This document shows, one piece after another, positions 38,269 to 48,670 of a stretch of DNA of 64,000 nt. The position numbers and the translations under genes were made by a program. The DNA is taken from assembly GCA_965203485.1 (NCBI GenBank), contig OZ241892.1:832001-896000 (forward strand). Direction: 5' to 3'. The notes under the pieces were generated by a model, which did no database searches, was not told where the DNA came from, and was given only the letters and a program-made list of their open reading frames with translations. Every line of letters starts with the position of its first letter. The stretch's first letter is position 1. Origin of the DNA: Longimicrobiales bacterium (lineage in GTDB: Bacteria > Gemmatimonadota > Gemmatimonadetes > Longimicrobiales > Gaopeijiaceae).

Positions 38269-39354
38269 TTGAGAGAGTCCCCCGACAGAACTCCCCGCCC
38301 CAGCGCCGAGAACGAGTTCAGCGGACCGGAACGGCGCGGGACCTCTTTCTCGCTCCTGTCGCTCGCTGCGACGGCCTTGCGCCACGGACGCTTGATCTTG
38401 CTGTGCGGCTTCGGGTTCAGCCTTCTTGCCGCGGGTCGCCGTGCGATCCAGGAGGCGAAGTACACCAGCACTGCCGTCTTCATGACCGAGCGCAGTTCCG
38501 GGGTCACGAATCAAACCATCCAGTTGGCTAGTCGCTTGGGCTTGGTCAACGGTAGCTCCTCGATCTCCAGCCCGGTGCTGCTCCGGGAGCTTCTCGTTTC
38601 GCGAGTCGTGCTGGACTCGGTGGGGGGCGGTCGCTACGAGGTCATGAGGGGCGACTCGTTGACGGTGTCGTCTCTGGCGGAACTGCTCGAGATCGAGCCC
38701 GGCAACGAGTTCCGCCGCACGAGGCGCATAAGGGCTTGGCTTCGCTCTGCCGTCAACGTTCGCCGGGACGTGGCCAGCGGCTTCATCCACGTCAGCGCCA
38801 GCACGCCTTGGCCGCGCGTCTCGCAAGGCGTCGTCGCCCGGATGCTCGAGGAGGTGGACCGTTTCAACGTGCACATCAGACAGTCCAGTGCGCATGCGAC
38901 CCAGGCGTTCATCGAAGACCAGATGCGCTTGGTCGTCGCGGATTTGTCCTCTGCGCAGGCCGCGTTGCAGACTTTCCGGGAGCAGAACAGAAGCTTCGGC
39001 AGTTGGTCTCCCCTGAGCGCAGAGCTCGATCGTCTCGATTCCGAAGTGAGACGGCAGCGCGTGCTCTACGAGAGCCTAACGACTACATATGCCAACGCCC
39101 AAATCGAAGCGAAGCGCGACACCCCCGTCATAACCGTGATCCAGGATCCGTTCTTGCCTCATCGCCCCGATTCCCGCGGGCTGGCGCTGGGGAGCAGTTC
39201 CGGTTTCGTCGCAGGTTGCTTGATCGCCTTCTTGGCTGTTCTTGTGATGCGGCACTACATGCATTTGCCAGATTCCTCGCGCCAAGAGTTGATCGGTGCA
39301 GCCCGCGATTTATTTGCCCAAATCCCGTTCCTCCGTCGCCTCGTCAGCAGATGA
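38269..39354 (+). CDS. Polysaccharide chain-length determinant (Wzz/GNVR-like)
   Basis: Two terminal TM segments, coiled coil LQTFREQN, ITVIQDPFLP. No kinase domain. Confidence 0.85.
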   Translation: MRESPDRTPRPSAENEFSGPERRGTSFSLLSLAATALRHGRLILLCGFGFSLLAAGRRAIQEAKYTSTAVFMTERSSGVTNQTIQLASRLGLVNGSSSISSPVLLRELLVSRVVLDSVGGGRYEVMRGDSLTVSSLAELLEIEPGNEFRRTRRIRAWLRSAVNVRRDVASGFIHVSASTPWPRVSQGVVARMLEEVDRFNVHIRQSSAHATQAFIEDQMRLVVADLSSAQAALQTFREQNRSFGSWSPLSAELDRLDSEVRRQRVLYESLTTTYANAQIEAKRDTPVITVIQDPFLPHRPDSRGLALGSSSGFVAGCLIAFLAVLVMRHYMHLPDSSRQELIGAARDLFAQIPFLRRLVSR

Positions 39355-41855
39355 CACGCACCATCGTTCGCTTCGTTCCCAACACGCGATGCGGCTTCGT
39401 GCTCGCCATGGCCGCAATAGCGCTTGCCGCCGACGTCGCTCGGGCGGCGCCGCACCCGATCGCGCCCTCGCTCGTCTGGCAGAATCGCGCCCAGCTCCAA
39501 GCGTTGCTGGAAACCAGCGGCCTGAATCTCACCCTGGGCCAAGCGCGGGCCCTCCTCCAGCAATCCAGCCTGTCGCCAGCGGCTCTTCGCCGCCAAGCCC
39601 TGGCACAGGGCCTGGATCCGACCCTGGTCGACCAGTTGTCGGCCGACCCGGTGATGGCGGGCGTCTCCAACGACGTTCTCGTCTCGCAGGAGGTGCTGGA
39701 GCTGATGCTCGCCGTCGGACTGATCGACGACCCCAGCGGCCTGGAAGAGCCGGAGGACGAGGAAGACGAGGTGGCCGCCGCCGAAGACGAGGCCGCGGAG
39801 GTCGTCTCGCAGGCCGTGGTGGACTTGGGCGCCGACCTCGAGATCTTCGGAAGCCGCGTCTTCCGCGCTCGCCAAAGGGACCCGGTGCTTTCGGCGCCCC
39901 CGGGCGAGAGCTACGTCTTGGGGCCCAGCGACCGGCTTCTCCTCTATCTCACCGGCGATGTCGAAGAAGTGCACCAGTTGCCGGTCACCCGCGAGGGTGT
40001 CGTGTTCGTTCCGCGCGCCGGCCGGATGGTGGCCACGGGGCTGACTCTGGCGGAGTTCGAAGACCGCTTGGAGACCCGGTTGCGAACGGTCTACAGCGGC
40101 GTCGGACGGAACGCGGACGCAAGGACGCGCTTTTCCGTTTCGCTCGGCAGAGTGCGTACGATCCAAATCTACGTCGGCGGCGCCGTGTACAGCCCGGGGT
40201 CGTACGTCGTCAGCTCCTTGGCCACGTTGGTCGATGCAATTTACGTTGCCAATGGTCCCACGCCGGACGGCAGCTATCGGAGCATCCGCCTTGTAAGGAG
40301 CGGCGAGGAGCTGGAGGTTGATCTATACCCGTACATTACGAGCGGGCTTCCCGACGCGAATCCTAGGTTGCGGGAAGGCGACGTCGTGCACGTGCCTTGG
40401 GTGGGCGATCAAGTTGCGATTCGCGGCATGGTCCGAAATCCGGGCATCTACGAAGTGCTCGAGGGCCAAGGCATCGCCTACTTGATCAAGGTCGCCGGCG
40501 GATTGTTGCCGACTGCTCGAGCCGACCACGCTACCGTGAATCGCATCTTGGCTCCCGAGGACCGGCGCCCCATGGTCGACCGCGTCAGGTTGGACGTCCC
40601 ATTGTCCCGCGTGCTCACGGGCGAGGAATCCTTCCCGCTCGAGGCCGGGGACCGGGTCGAAGTGCTGCGAGTGCAGGATCTTGTCCGCGGCGAAGTCATC
40701 GTCCAGGGTGCAGTGTGGGGAGAAGGAACGTATGAATGGGAACCGGACATGCGTCTCGCCGACCTGTTCACCAAGGCCGGGGGCTTGCGGCCGGACGCGT
40801 TGCTTTCCGAAGTCCTAATTGCGCGCGGAGACATGACGAGCGGCGTTCGCAGGCGCGTTCGTGTCGACTTGACCCGAGATTCGGTCGGGCCGTTGATCGA
40901 TGAGGGCGATGAAGTCACCGTCTATTCCGAGGCGATCTTGAGGTCCAGGGACTCGGTGTCGATCGCAGGCTTTGTTGCCATGCCAGGCAAGTACGCGTTC
41001 ATCGTCGGAGCGACGGCGGGCGACCTTATCCTGCAAGCCGGAGGATTCGCGCCGGGAGCGTTTCCGTGGAGCGTCGACATTGGGCGAAGAAATACCGGAA
41101 TGGGACCGTACGGCGCGACGACCTTGCATTCCTCCGTGCGGTCTTCGGTTGTCCTGACTTTTCGGGAATCGATGCTCGTCGATCCCACCAGAGACTGGTC
41201 CGAGGAGGAAGTGGTGCTTCGTCCAAACGACGAAGTCATCGTCAGAAGCCGGGTCGGCTATCGGACGCTCGCCAAAGTGATGTTGCTCGGACAGTTTCGG
41301 AGGACAGGCGCATTCGTTCTGGAGACCGCCGAAGAACGGTTGACCAGCATCGTCGATCGGGCGGGTGGATTGTTGTCGGATGACTTGAGGGACATCGAGT
41401 TGCGGCGGGGGGATGTTGTTGTAGGAATCGACTTCTTGCGAGCGATCGAGGCTCCGAACTCGCCGGACGATCCCATCCTGCAGGACGGGGACACGTTGGT
41501 GGCGCCGCTGGTCACCAGCACCGTGAAGATCGAGGGCCAGATCGTGTTTCCCACGGAGGTGACGTACGTGCCGGGAATGTCGGTAGGGGACATACTCGAT
41601 GCCGGGGGTGGAACAACGGAGATGGCGGACATTGACCGGTTGAGCGTGTCCTATCCGGATGGTTCTCGCGCCTTGACGACGAAGGCCCTGGGACTGTTCA
41701 GGAGCTATCCCAAGTTGCGCGCGGGGGCTAGAGTGTTTGTGCCCACGCGCGAGAGCGATCTGCCGGGGTTCGACTGGGGACAAGCAAGTGCGATGTTGCT
41801 GTCGGTCGCGTCGACGGTGGCAACCTTGATCTTAGCCATCAACTCCACACGTTGA
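39351..41855 (+). CDS. Polysaccharide export protein with multiple SLBB domains (Wza/KpsD-like)
   Basis: YVLGPSDRL, VTREG, repeated V.G.V..PG.Y / AGG / L..GD units, C-terminal amphipathic helix. ATGA overlap. Confidence 0.9.
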   Translation: MTRTIVRFVPNTRCGFVLAMAAIALAADVARAAPHPIAPSLVWQNRAQLQALLETSGLNLTLGQARALLQQSSLSPAALRRQALAQGLDPTLVDQLSADPVMAGVSNDVLVSQEVLELMLAVGLIDDPSGLEEPEDEEDEVAAAEDEAAEVVSQAVVDLGADLEIFGSRVFRARQRDPVLSAPPGESYVLGPSDRLLLYLTGDVEEVHQLPVTREGVVFVPRAGRMVATGLTLAEFEDRLETRLRTVYSGVGRNADARTRFSVSLGRVRTIQIYVGGAVYSPGSYVVSSLATLVDAIYVANGPTPDGSYRSIRLVRSGEELEVDLYPYITSGLPDANPRLREGDVVHVPWVGDQVAIRGMVRNPGIYEVLEGQGIAYLIKVAGGLLPTARADHATVNRILAPEDRRPMVDRVRLDVPLSRVLTGEESFPLEAGDRVEVLRVQDLVRGEVIVQGAVWGEGTYEWEPDMRLADLFTKAGGLRPDALLSEVLIARGDMTSGVRRRVRVDLTRDSVGPLIDEGDEVTVYSEAILRSRDSVSIAGFVAMPGKYAFIVGATAGDLILQAGGFAPGAFPWSVDIGRRNTGMGPYGATTLHSSVRSSVVLTFRESMLVDPTRDWSEEEVVLRPNDEVIVRSRVGYRTLAKVMLLGQFRRTGAFVLETAEERLTSIVDRAGGLLSDDLRDIELRRGDVVVGIDFLRAIEAPNSPDDPILQDGDTLVAPLVTSTVKIEGQIVFPTEVTYVPGMSVGDILDAGGGTTEMADIDRLSVSYPDGSRALTTKALGLFRSYPKLRAGARVFVPTRESDLPGFDWGQASAMLLSVASTVATLILAINSTR

Positions 41856-41861
41856 CGGGCG

Positions 41862-43637
41862 TCAGTCGATCCGTTCGATGTCGGCCGGGTCGGCATGGAG
41901 AAACAAGGTCGCGCCCCGCCGGGCCAATCGGCCCGCAACGCGGACGGGCACGCCTACGTGATCTAGGACGCGGGCGTTCAACTGTCGGCCGTCGGCGTCT
42001 ACGAGGACCAATGCCTCGGTTGTGCCGTCGGCACGCTCGACCCTGAGCAGGGGCGGAACGCCGCCCCGAATGCACAGCGTCGCGCACGCTCGATGCACGG
42101 TTCCGTCTCCGGGCCGCATCACCCCCATGTAGCACTTGGCTCCCACGATCTCGCCTTCCACGACGTGAAGCCCGATTTCTTCGGCGACCGCGCGCGGCGG
42201 CGGTCGAGGAGTGGCGGCCGTGACCGCGCGAACCTCCACCATTGCGTGGCCGTCCCGATGGACGAGCGAGCCCTCCAATGTCGCCCACGTGCCGACGGAG
42301 CTGGCCATCAAGTCGTCCGCGCCATGCTTCCCCTCTCCGACCAGGAGAAAGCGGGTCCACACGGGCCCGCGCGGAATCAGAAGCGACGGATATGGATCCG
42401 CGACCACGAATCCGGTGGATGAACGGATGGTCCCGAACTCGAAGTGCGCGCTTGGCAACTCGCCGTGGCCGAGTCCGGCGGCCAGGGCGACGGCGACCGC
42501 GACCACGAGGCTAGCGGCCGCGACGCTCCCGGCCGCCGGACGCCGCGGGAGGGCGGCCCCGCCGCGGCTGGCCGGAGCGACGCTTCCGGCGCGGGCCGGG
42601 GCGCCGTGGGCGTTGGCGACCGGCCGAACCCAAACCCAGCCGCCGCGGACCTTGGTGTCGTAGGTTGCGACGCAGTCTTCGAAGGGAGCGGGCGCCCGTC
42701 CCGTCCTCGGGTCGAACTGAAAGCCGTGCCAGGGGCAGGTGACGTACCCGTCGACGATCTTGCCCTCGCCGAGCGGGCCCATCTGATGGCTGCAGGCGTT
42801 GGAGAGGCAGAAGATCGAGGAGCCGTGACGAAAGAGCGCCACGCGCCGCCGCTTCACCCCCCGCTGTTTCGGCGTGATCTCCAGGTCGACGACGCGGCCC
42901 CGTCCCTCCTCGAGATCGGCGGCCCGCACGGCCCGCTCGTAGCCTTGGTCGTCGTGCCGCGACCGGGCGGTTCGTTGTCGGCGGCCCTTCCAGGCGCTGG
43001 CGGCGTGGGCCGCGAACACGGCTGCCGCAGTCGCGCAGGTCATGGCCCACACGTAACCGCGGGCCTCCTGTTGCAGCGCGCCCATTGCTACGTGGCCCAG
43101 CAGGATGGCGTAGGCCGGATAGGCGAGCATGTGCAATGCCTTCCAGATGCCCGGAGTGAGGTTGCGCAGCCAGAAGTCGTGGCTCGTAGCTGCCATCAGG
43201 AACAGCGCCGCGAGCGCGACCGCTCCCAACAGCTGGAACGGGGGCGCCGTGGACCCGCGTCCGGTCGCGCCGCCGTCCAGCAACAGACTGGCGGCAGGAT
43301 TCAGGGCGCCGAGAAAGTGAAACTGCAGGAGCGCCCCGCCGCCGTGGACGGCCGCCGCCAGAAACGTGGCCACGCCCAAGTGGCGGCGGTTGCGAAGGAC
43401 GGGAAGGAAGCGTGGCCAGAGACGAGAGAGCGGACCTGCGAGCAACGCGGCGGACATCATCGCGAAGGCCAAGCTGCCGGACATGCGCATGACCAACGTT
43501 TCCGCCGTGATGTTCGGGTGACGGGCGAGCGTGGCGCCGGCGAAGACGGAAGCGTACGCGAGCACGGACGCCCCGAGGACTACGTCGTATTTCTTCTTGC
43601 TGGGCGTCCATGCGACGGCGCGGTAGGCGTGGCTCAC
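41862..43637 (-). CDS. Fusion of a ferric-reductase/MsrQ-like heme membrane domain, a Rieske 2Fe-2S domain and a TM-anchored Cys-motif domain
   Basis: RRHLG, AVHG, WKALHMLAY..LGH; Rieske CSHQMGPL and CPWHG; C-terminal KCYMGVMRPGDGTVHRACATLCIRGG. GTGA overlap. Confidence 0.85.
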   Translation of the reverse strand: MSHAYRAVAWTPSKKKYDVVLGASVLAYASVFAGATLARHPNITAETLVMRMSGSLAFAMMSAALLAGPLSRLWPRFLPVLRNRRHLGVATFLAAAVHGGGALLQFHFLGALNPAASLLLDGGATGRGSTAPPFQLLGAVALAALFLMAATSHDFWLRNLTPGIWKALHMLAYPAYAILLGHVAMGALQQEARGYVWAMTCATAAAVFAAHAASAWKGRRQRTARSRHDDQGYERAVRAADLEEGRGRVVDLEITPKQRGVKRRRVALFRHGSSIFCLSNACSHQMGPLGEGKIVDGYVTCPWHGFQFDPRTGRAPAPFEDCVATYDTKVRGGWVWVRPVANAHGAPARAGSVAPASRGGAALPRRPAAGSVAAASLVVAVAVALAAGLGHGELPSAHFEFGTIRSSTGFVVADPYPSLLIPRGPVWTRFLLVGEGKHGADDLMASSVGTWATLEGSLVHRDGHAMVEVRAVTAATPRPPPRAVAEEIGLHVVEGEIVGAKCYMGVMRPGDGTVHRACATLCIRGGVPPLLRVERADGTTEALVLVDADGRQLNARVLDHVGVPVRVAGRLARRGATLFLHADPADIERID

Positions 43638-44080
43638 CGGATGGATTCCGGCAGAGGCGCTTCGGCCAAGCGAAGGCCGCGGGCGAAGTCGGCCAAGACC
43701 AACCGCCCGCCTTGGACCGGCAAAGACGGCGCGGGCAGCGACGGGCGGACCGCGTTGACGCTGCCCAGCGTGTCGGCGCGTTCGGCGACTTCCAGGATGA
43801 GGCCCGGCTCTGCCGCCTCCAGGCCCGGAGGCAGAGATGCATGGAACCGCCCCCGGCCGTGCGCGACGCGATACGACACTTCCGCGGGGCCCTGTGGCGT
43901 CGGCAACGCCACCGTCCACTCGACCAAGCCCTCGACCGAAGCGTCGGCGCCTGGACGCGCGAAGGGCCGGGGCTTCGGCTGGGCGGTCCGCGCCGCCCAT
44001 GCGGCCGCGAGAAGCGAGGCGCCCAAGGCCGCGCTGGCCAGCGTCAGCGCGGCGTGCGCCTGCCGGTGGCCTCGTCTCAC
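43634..44080 (-). CDS. Hypothetical membrane-anchored protein
   Basis: VRRGHRQAH followed by a TM; GTGA overlaps at both ends. Confidence 0.65.
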   Translation of the reverse strand: MRRGHRQAHAALTLASAALGASLLAAAWAARTAQPKPRPFARPGADASVEGLVEWTVALPTPQGPAEVSYRVAHGRGRFHASLPPGLEAAEPGLILEVAERADTLGSVNAVRPSLPAPSLPVQGGRLVLADFARGLRLAEAPLPESIR

Positions 44081-44289
44081 ACGTCCCGCTTCGTGGTTGC
44101 AAGCCACTTCCAAAGCATGACCGGCCAGAGGGCAGCGGCTCCCGGCGCGGCCAGGAGACGAAAGCTCCAGGTGCCCCGGGCCGCGGCGGGGTCCAAGGCC
44201 GACGCGCCGCGCAAGACAAATGGGACGGCGAACAACGCCCCGGCGACGGCGTAGATCGCTGCGGCGGTGAGCGCGATGGTCAAGAGCAT
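44077..44289 (-). CDS. Small two-TM hypothetical protein (70 aa)
   Basis: MLLTIALTAAAIYAVAGALFAVPF...LDP...FRLLAAPGAAALWP. Coupled to the next gene. Confidence 0.7.
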   Translation of the reverse strand: MLLTIALTAAAIYAVAGALFAVPFVLRGASALDPAAARGTWSFRLLAAPGAAALWPVMLWKWLATTKRDV

Positions 44290-44673
44290 GGCTGGCGCGG
44301 GCCGGGAGGTGGTCCGTGGGCGAGCAAGCACCGCCCTCCGAGCTGGTCTTCGGCGGCATGGTGGCGCACCGAAGCCAACATAAGGTGCAACGGCGCTCCG
44401 GGCCATGGTTCGGCCGCGGGGCCCGAGCCCGCACGGTCTCTCCCGCGTCCGCGCGGCGTCGCGGCCGAGAGCGTCGATGCCAGAGCCCAGCGCCGTCTCC
44501 CCCGCATCCGCACGGCGCCGACCGCCCCAGGGCGCCGAGCATTGCGGCTTCCCCTTGGCCGCACCGCAGTCTAGATTTTGTTCCCCCTTGGCACCCATCG
44601 CAGGCGGGACTCGCGTGTCGCGCGACGCTCCTTTCGACCAGGCAACCCGCTCCGCAAGGAACGCCAGCTTCTC

Positions 44674-45663
44674 ATGACCGATTCTCGGGCGCCCGCACGC
44701 ACGCTGTCCGTCGTCGTGCCCTGCTACAACGAGGGGGAGGGTCTCCGTCGCGTGCACGAGCGCCTGACGTCCGCGCTCGGCGATCTTCCCGAGACGGAAC
44801 TGGAGCTGATCTACGTCGACGACGGCAGCCGCGACTCGACGCTGGACGTCTTGCGGGACTTGCAGCGAACGGACTCGCGGACGCGAGTGCTTTCTTTTTC
44901 CCGCAACTTCGGGAAGGACTCGGCAGTTACGGCCGGGATCGACCACTCTTCGGGCGATGTCGTGGCGTTCATCGATGCGGATCTCCAGGAGCCTCCAGAG
45001 GTGGTGCTGGAGATGCTCGAGCGTTGGCGGGCGGGTGCGGACGTGGTCTACGGCGTCCGGGCTTCGCGCAAGCACGATTCGCTTGGCGTGCGGTGGTCGG
45101 CGGCGGCTTACAGCCGGTTGCACGACTGGCTGGTCCGAGATCAGCGGTTGCACCACAGGTGCGATTTCCACTTGTTCACCCGAGAAGTCGCGGACGCGCT
45201 CAAGGCGATGCCCGAGCGGGGCCGGATGCACCGCAGCATGATTGCCTGGCTGGGCTTTCGCCAGGAAGCCGTCTACTTCGCGCGGCCGGACCGCCAGTGG
45301 GGCAGGTCCAAGCTCGGCTTCAGACGGCGGTTGGGCGACGGGACCAGGTCGATCCTCGCCACGTCGGCGGCTCCCCTTCGCCTGGCCTTGCTTGCGGGGT
45401 TGCTGGCTGGCGGCGCTTCGGTCGCGCTCGGGGTCTATGCCGTCGGCTCGCGGGCTCTCGCCGGCGAGTGGCCGCCGTCTTGGACGATCGCGGCGGCATT
45501 GGCGATGTTCCTCGTCGGCGCGCAGTTCGTCTTTATGGGGATTGTAGGCGAGTATGTCGGCGCGGTCTTCCGCCAAGTGCAGGGCCGGCCTCTGTACCTT
45601 GTGCAGGATAAGGTTGGATTCAGCGACGACGACGTCGCCTCGGGTCGGCAGGGCCTGCCCTGA
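44674..45663 (+). CDS. GT2 polyprenol-phosphate glycosyltransferase (GtrB/ArnC-like)
   Basis: LSVVVPCYNE, VDDGSRD, SRNFGK, IDADLQ, two C-terminal TMs, GEYVG...RPLY. Confidence 0.93.
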   Translation: MTDSRAPARTLSVVVPCYNEGEGLRRVHERLTSALGDLPETELELIYVDDGSRDSTLDVLRDLQRTDSRTRVLSFSRNFGKDSAVTAGIDHSSGDVVAFIDADLQEPPEVVLEMLERWRAGADVVYGVRASRKHDSLGVRWSAAAYSRLHDWLVRDQRLHHRCDFHLFTREVADALKAMPERGRMHRSMIAWLGFRQEAVYFARPDRQWGRSKLGFRRRLGDGTRSILATSAAPLRLALLAGLLAGGASVALGVYAVGSRALAGEWPPSWTIAAALAMFLVGAQFVFMGIVGEYVGAVFRQVQGRPLYLVQDKVGFSDDDVASGRQGLP

Positions 45664-45695
45664 CGCGGCCGGCCACGTCCCAGACCGGCGGCGAG

Positions 45696-47048
45696 TTGCA
45701 AGCCGCCTTGGCAATGTCGGCGGTCGTGTCGTTCTGGGCCCTCGGCGTCTTGATGGTATTCGAGTTGCCGACGTTGCCGCCGTCGGCCGCGCGGGTCCAG
45801 TTCCTGGCCAAGGCCGGTTGCGTGGCGGCCATCTTCGCCTTCGTCGGCGTGGGGATCCTGGACCGCCTGGGGTCGGCGGCAACGTGCTTCGTGGCCAGCA
45901 TGACAACTCACTTGATCATTGGCGTCTTGTTGGCGTGGTTGCAGTTCTCTCCCTCGAAGTTCGCCTCTATGCAGGCCTACATCAAGTTGCACGTGGTTAC
46001 TCTGGCTACGTTCGTCGCGATTGTAGCGGGAGCGCGCGTCGTAATAGACGCTTGGGGCACCCGCAGACTGTTCCGGGGCGTCCTGGCCATTCTCTTGGCG
46101 AGCACTGCTTCGACCGTCTTGGCCCCGGCGTGGATGTATGCGGGATTGCCCAGGATACCCGGGCTGTTCCTGCACCCGACTAGGTTTTTCGGGCCGTTCG
46201 TGAGCCCCATGGTTGGCGCGTTCGCCGGTGGGGCGACAGCCGTCTTGGGAATGGCCTTGCTCGACCGTGTTCGTGCAGGATGGACGGCCTACGTCGCGAT
46301 GTCGGTCGGGTTGATGGCCGTGATCCTATCGCTCTCCAAGGGCGGGGCCATCGGCTTTGCGGCGGTCGTCGCGCTGTTCTTGTTGCGGGGCGCTTCTCTG
46401 CGCCGGCTTCGCCTGCTGGGCTGGTCCGCACTTGTCTTGGCGGGCGCGTGGTTGGGCCTTCCCGCGATTGTCTCGTCCGGCGTGCTTTCGACGGAGCAGG
46501 TTTTCTCGCCGGTCGGGCGATGGTATCAGGTGATGGACCTCCTTAGCGGAGACTGGAATTTCGGGGCGATGTCGGGTCGCAACGTGATTTGGCGCCTGGC
46601 ATGGGAGACGTATGTTCAGTCGCCGATTCTGGGTGTGGGCTTTGGGGAAATGGCGGCGTTGGACTTCGCGCCGCTTGGGGGACTCCACGATATCCAGCGC
46701 GCAGGAGCGCACAACCACTACCTCGCCCTTGGCGGGGAGGCCGGAATAATTCCCGTGTTGTTCTTCATGCTCGGGTTGCTGGCGTTGGCACGCCCCATGT
46801 GGGCGTTGCAGAGATCGTATGCGACGGACGCGGTCGCGGGCGTGGCGGTTCTGTTCTTGTTGCTGACGGTCGCGGAGGGCCACGTCTTTCGCATGTTGCC
46901 CGTCTCGTTCATAGTCGCGGTATCGTGCGCCCTGGTTGCGGATGCCACCGCGCGGGAGCGGCGGACGACGAATGTTCGGCGGGTCGCCCCGGGGGCGGGG
47001 CGGCGCCTAGCAGGCGCGGTCGCGCCGAGGTCGCGGAGTTCGGCCTAG
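45696..47048 (+). CDS. O-antigen ligase/polymerase (Wzy/WaaL) family
   Basis: Multi-TM protein; LSLSKGG, SGRNVIW, SPILGVGFG, GAHNHYL. Confidence 0.85.
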   Translation: MQAALAMSAVVSFWALGVLMVFELPTLPPSAARVQFLAKAGCVAAIFAFVGVGILDRLGSAATCFVASMTTHLIIGVLLAWLQFSPSKFASMQAYIKLHVVTLATFVAIVAGARVVIDAWGTRRLFRGVLAILLASTASTVLAPAWMYAGLPRIPGLFLHPTRFFGPFVSPMVGAFAGGATAVLGMALLDRVRAGWTAYVAMSVGLMAVILSLSKGGAIGFAAVVALFLLRGASLRRLRLLGWSALVLAGAWLGLPAIVSSGVLSTEQVFSPVGRWYQVMDLLSGDWNFGAMSGRNVIWRLAWETYVQSPILGVGFGEMAALDFAPLGGLHDIQRAGAHNHYLALGGEAGIIPVLFFMLGLLALARPMWALQRSYATDAVAGVAVLFLLLTVAEGHVFRMLPVSFIVAVSCALVADATARERRTTNVRRVAPGAGRRLAGAVAPRSRSSA

Positions 47049-48670
47049 CCGGAGTCGCGTCGGGCCTTGCGAGCGGAGCGTTCCGCCCTGAAGAGGCGGC
47101 CGACTTCGGCGGAGGCGCCGGGACGAGTCGCCTTCGCCGTGGCCGCATAGGCCATGAACGAGAGCGCCACAGCAGGGAAGACCTCGTGGACGCGTGACTC
47201 GGGCCACAGCGTCAGCACGGCCAGTCCCGTTGCGAACGAAGCCATGGTGGCGGCCCCGTTGCCTCGGCGCCAATAAAGGCCCAGGACCAGCGGAGGAGCG
47301 AAGCACGCCCCGAAGACGGCGCCGGAGAAGCTTGTCAGGGTGACGACGCCGCCCGGTGGATCCAGTGCGATGAGGGCCGTCACCAGCGCGAACAACGCCA
47401 CCCAGATGCGGGTTCGGAGCAACATCGACCGGTCGGTTCGTCCGCCGGGATCGTCGGCGCGGGCCGGTGCGCCGCCCGGCCTCGCCGCGTCCTTGGGGTC
47501 GCACCGGGCCGCCGCCTCGTGTCGTGTGTCCGCTGCGCCGATGGCTGCGTCCTTCGTCCGCCGCCGCGCAACCGCGTGCCGCACTGTTGCGGCCACGTCT
47601 CTTTCCATCGTCGAGGCCATGACGAGCAGCACGCTGTCGAGCGAGGACATTGCGGCGGCCACCATCGCGACCAGCAGAAACGCGCCTGCGCCTGCGGAGA
47701 ACACTCCGTCGGCCGCCAGCAGGCGGGGCACGACGAGGTCCGTGTCCGGAACGCCGCCGGGGATGATGTTGCGGGCGTACAAGCCCACGGGGACGAGGAG
47801 GGCATACACGGCCACGAATGCCAGCGTGGACACCCATGCGCCTCGCCGGGCCGCCGCGCGGCTCTCCAGCGCGTAGAACCGGGACAGCTGGCGCGGCTCC
47901 ACGGCAAACTTGACCGTGGTTGCGAACACGACGCCCAGGACCAACGAGAACGGCACGCTTCCGCCCCATCGCAACAGAGGCTCGGTCGCGTCGCCGGCGC
48001 CGACCTCGCGCCAGGAACCAAGGCCGCCCGCGGCCCCCACGGTGCCCCAGAAAAGCAACGCCGCGGCTACCATCATCACCACTCCTTGGAGCGCGTCGGT
48101 CTTCACGACCGAGATGAACCCGCCGGCGATCGTATAGATCATCACCACCACGAAGACGACTGCGATGGCGCTTCGGTAGGGGATTTCGAGAAAGACCTCC
48201 AGCAAGTTGCCGATGCCCTTGAACACGCCCGTCATGTAGAAGAAGGAAGCCAAGAGCACGATCAACGCCGCTGCGAAGCGAGCCGCCTCGCTCCCGAAGC
48301 GGAAGCCGATGAAGTCTGGAATCGTGAGCGATCCGAGCGACTCGGTGAACGTGCGCAACCGGGGCGCGACCGCGATCCACGCGAGCAGGCTCATGCCGAC
48401 GACGAACGGAACCAGCACGAACCACGTGACACCCCAGTCGTACGCCTGACCCGAGAAGCCCACGAACGAGTTGGTGCTCGAATAGGTCGCGAAGAAGGAA
48501 AGGCCGATGGCGACGGGTCCCATCGACCGCCCGCCCACGAAGTAGTCGGCGACCCCTCGGGTGCGCCGGTTTCCCGCCCATGCGTGGTGGGCCAGCAGCA
48601 ACGCGTAGGCGGCCAGCAGCGCGTAGGCGATCCAGTACGTGCGAACGTTCTCCGCGACGGCGTCGATCAC
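47045..48670 (-). CDS. Sodium:solute symporter (PanF/PutP-like)
   Basis: DYFVGGRSMG, SFVGFSG, TIPDFIGFRF, GGFISVVKTDALQG, AAAMSSLDS. GTGA overlap. Confidence 0.93.
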   Translation of the reverse strand: MIDAVAENVRTYWIAYALLAAYALLLAHHAWAGNRRTRGVADYFVGGRSMGPVAIGLSFFATYSSTNSFVGFSGQAYDWGVTWFVLVPFVVGMSLLAWIAVAPRLRTFTESLGSLTIPDFIGFRFGSEAARFAAALIVLLASFFYMTGVFKGIGNLLEVFLEIPYRSAIAVVFVVVMIYTIAGGFISVVKTDALQGVVMMVAAALLFWGTVGAAGGLGSWREVGAGDATEPLLRWGGSVPFSLVLGVVFATTVKFAVEPRQLSRFYALESRAAARRGAWVSTLAFVAVYALLVPVGLYARNIIPGGVPDTDLVVPRLLAADGVFSAGAGAFLLVAMVAAAMSSLDSVLLVMASTMERDVAATVRHAVARRRTKDAAIGAADTRHEAAARCDPKDAARPGGAPARADDPGGRTDRSMLLRTRIWVALFALVTALIALDPPGGVVTLTSFSGAVFGACFAPPLVLGLYWRRGNGAATMASFATGLAVLTLWPESRVHEVFPAVALSFMAYAATAKATRPGASAEVGRLFRAERSARKARRDSG

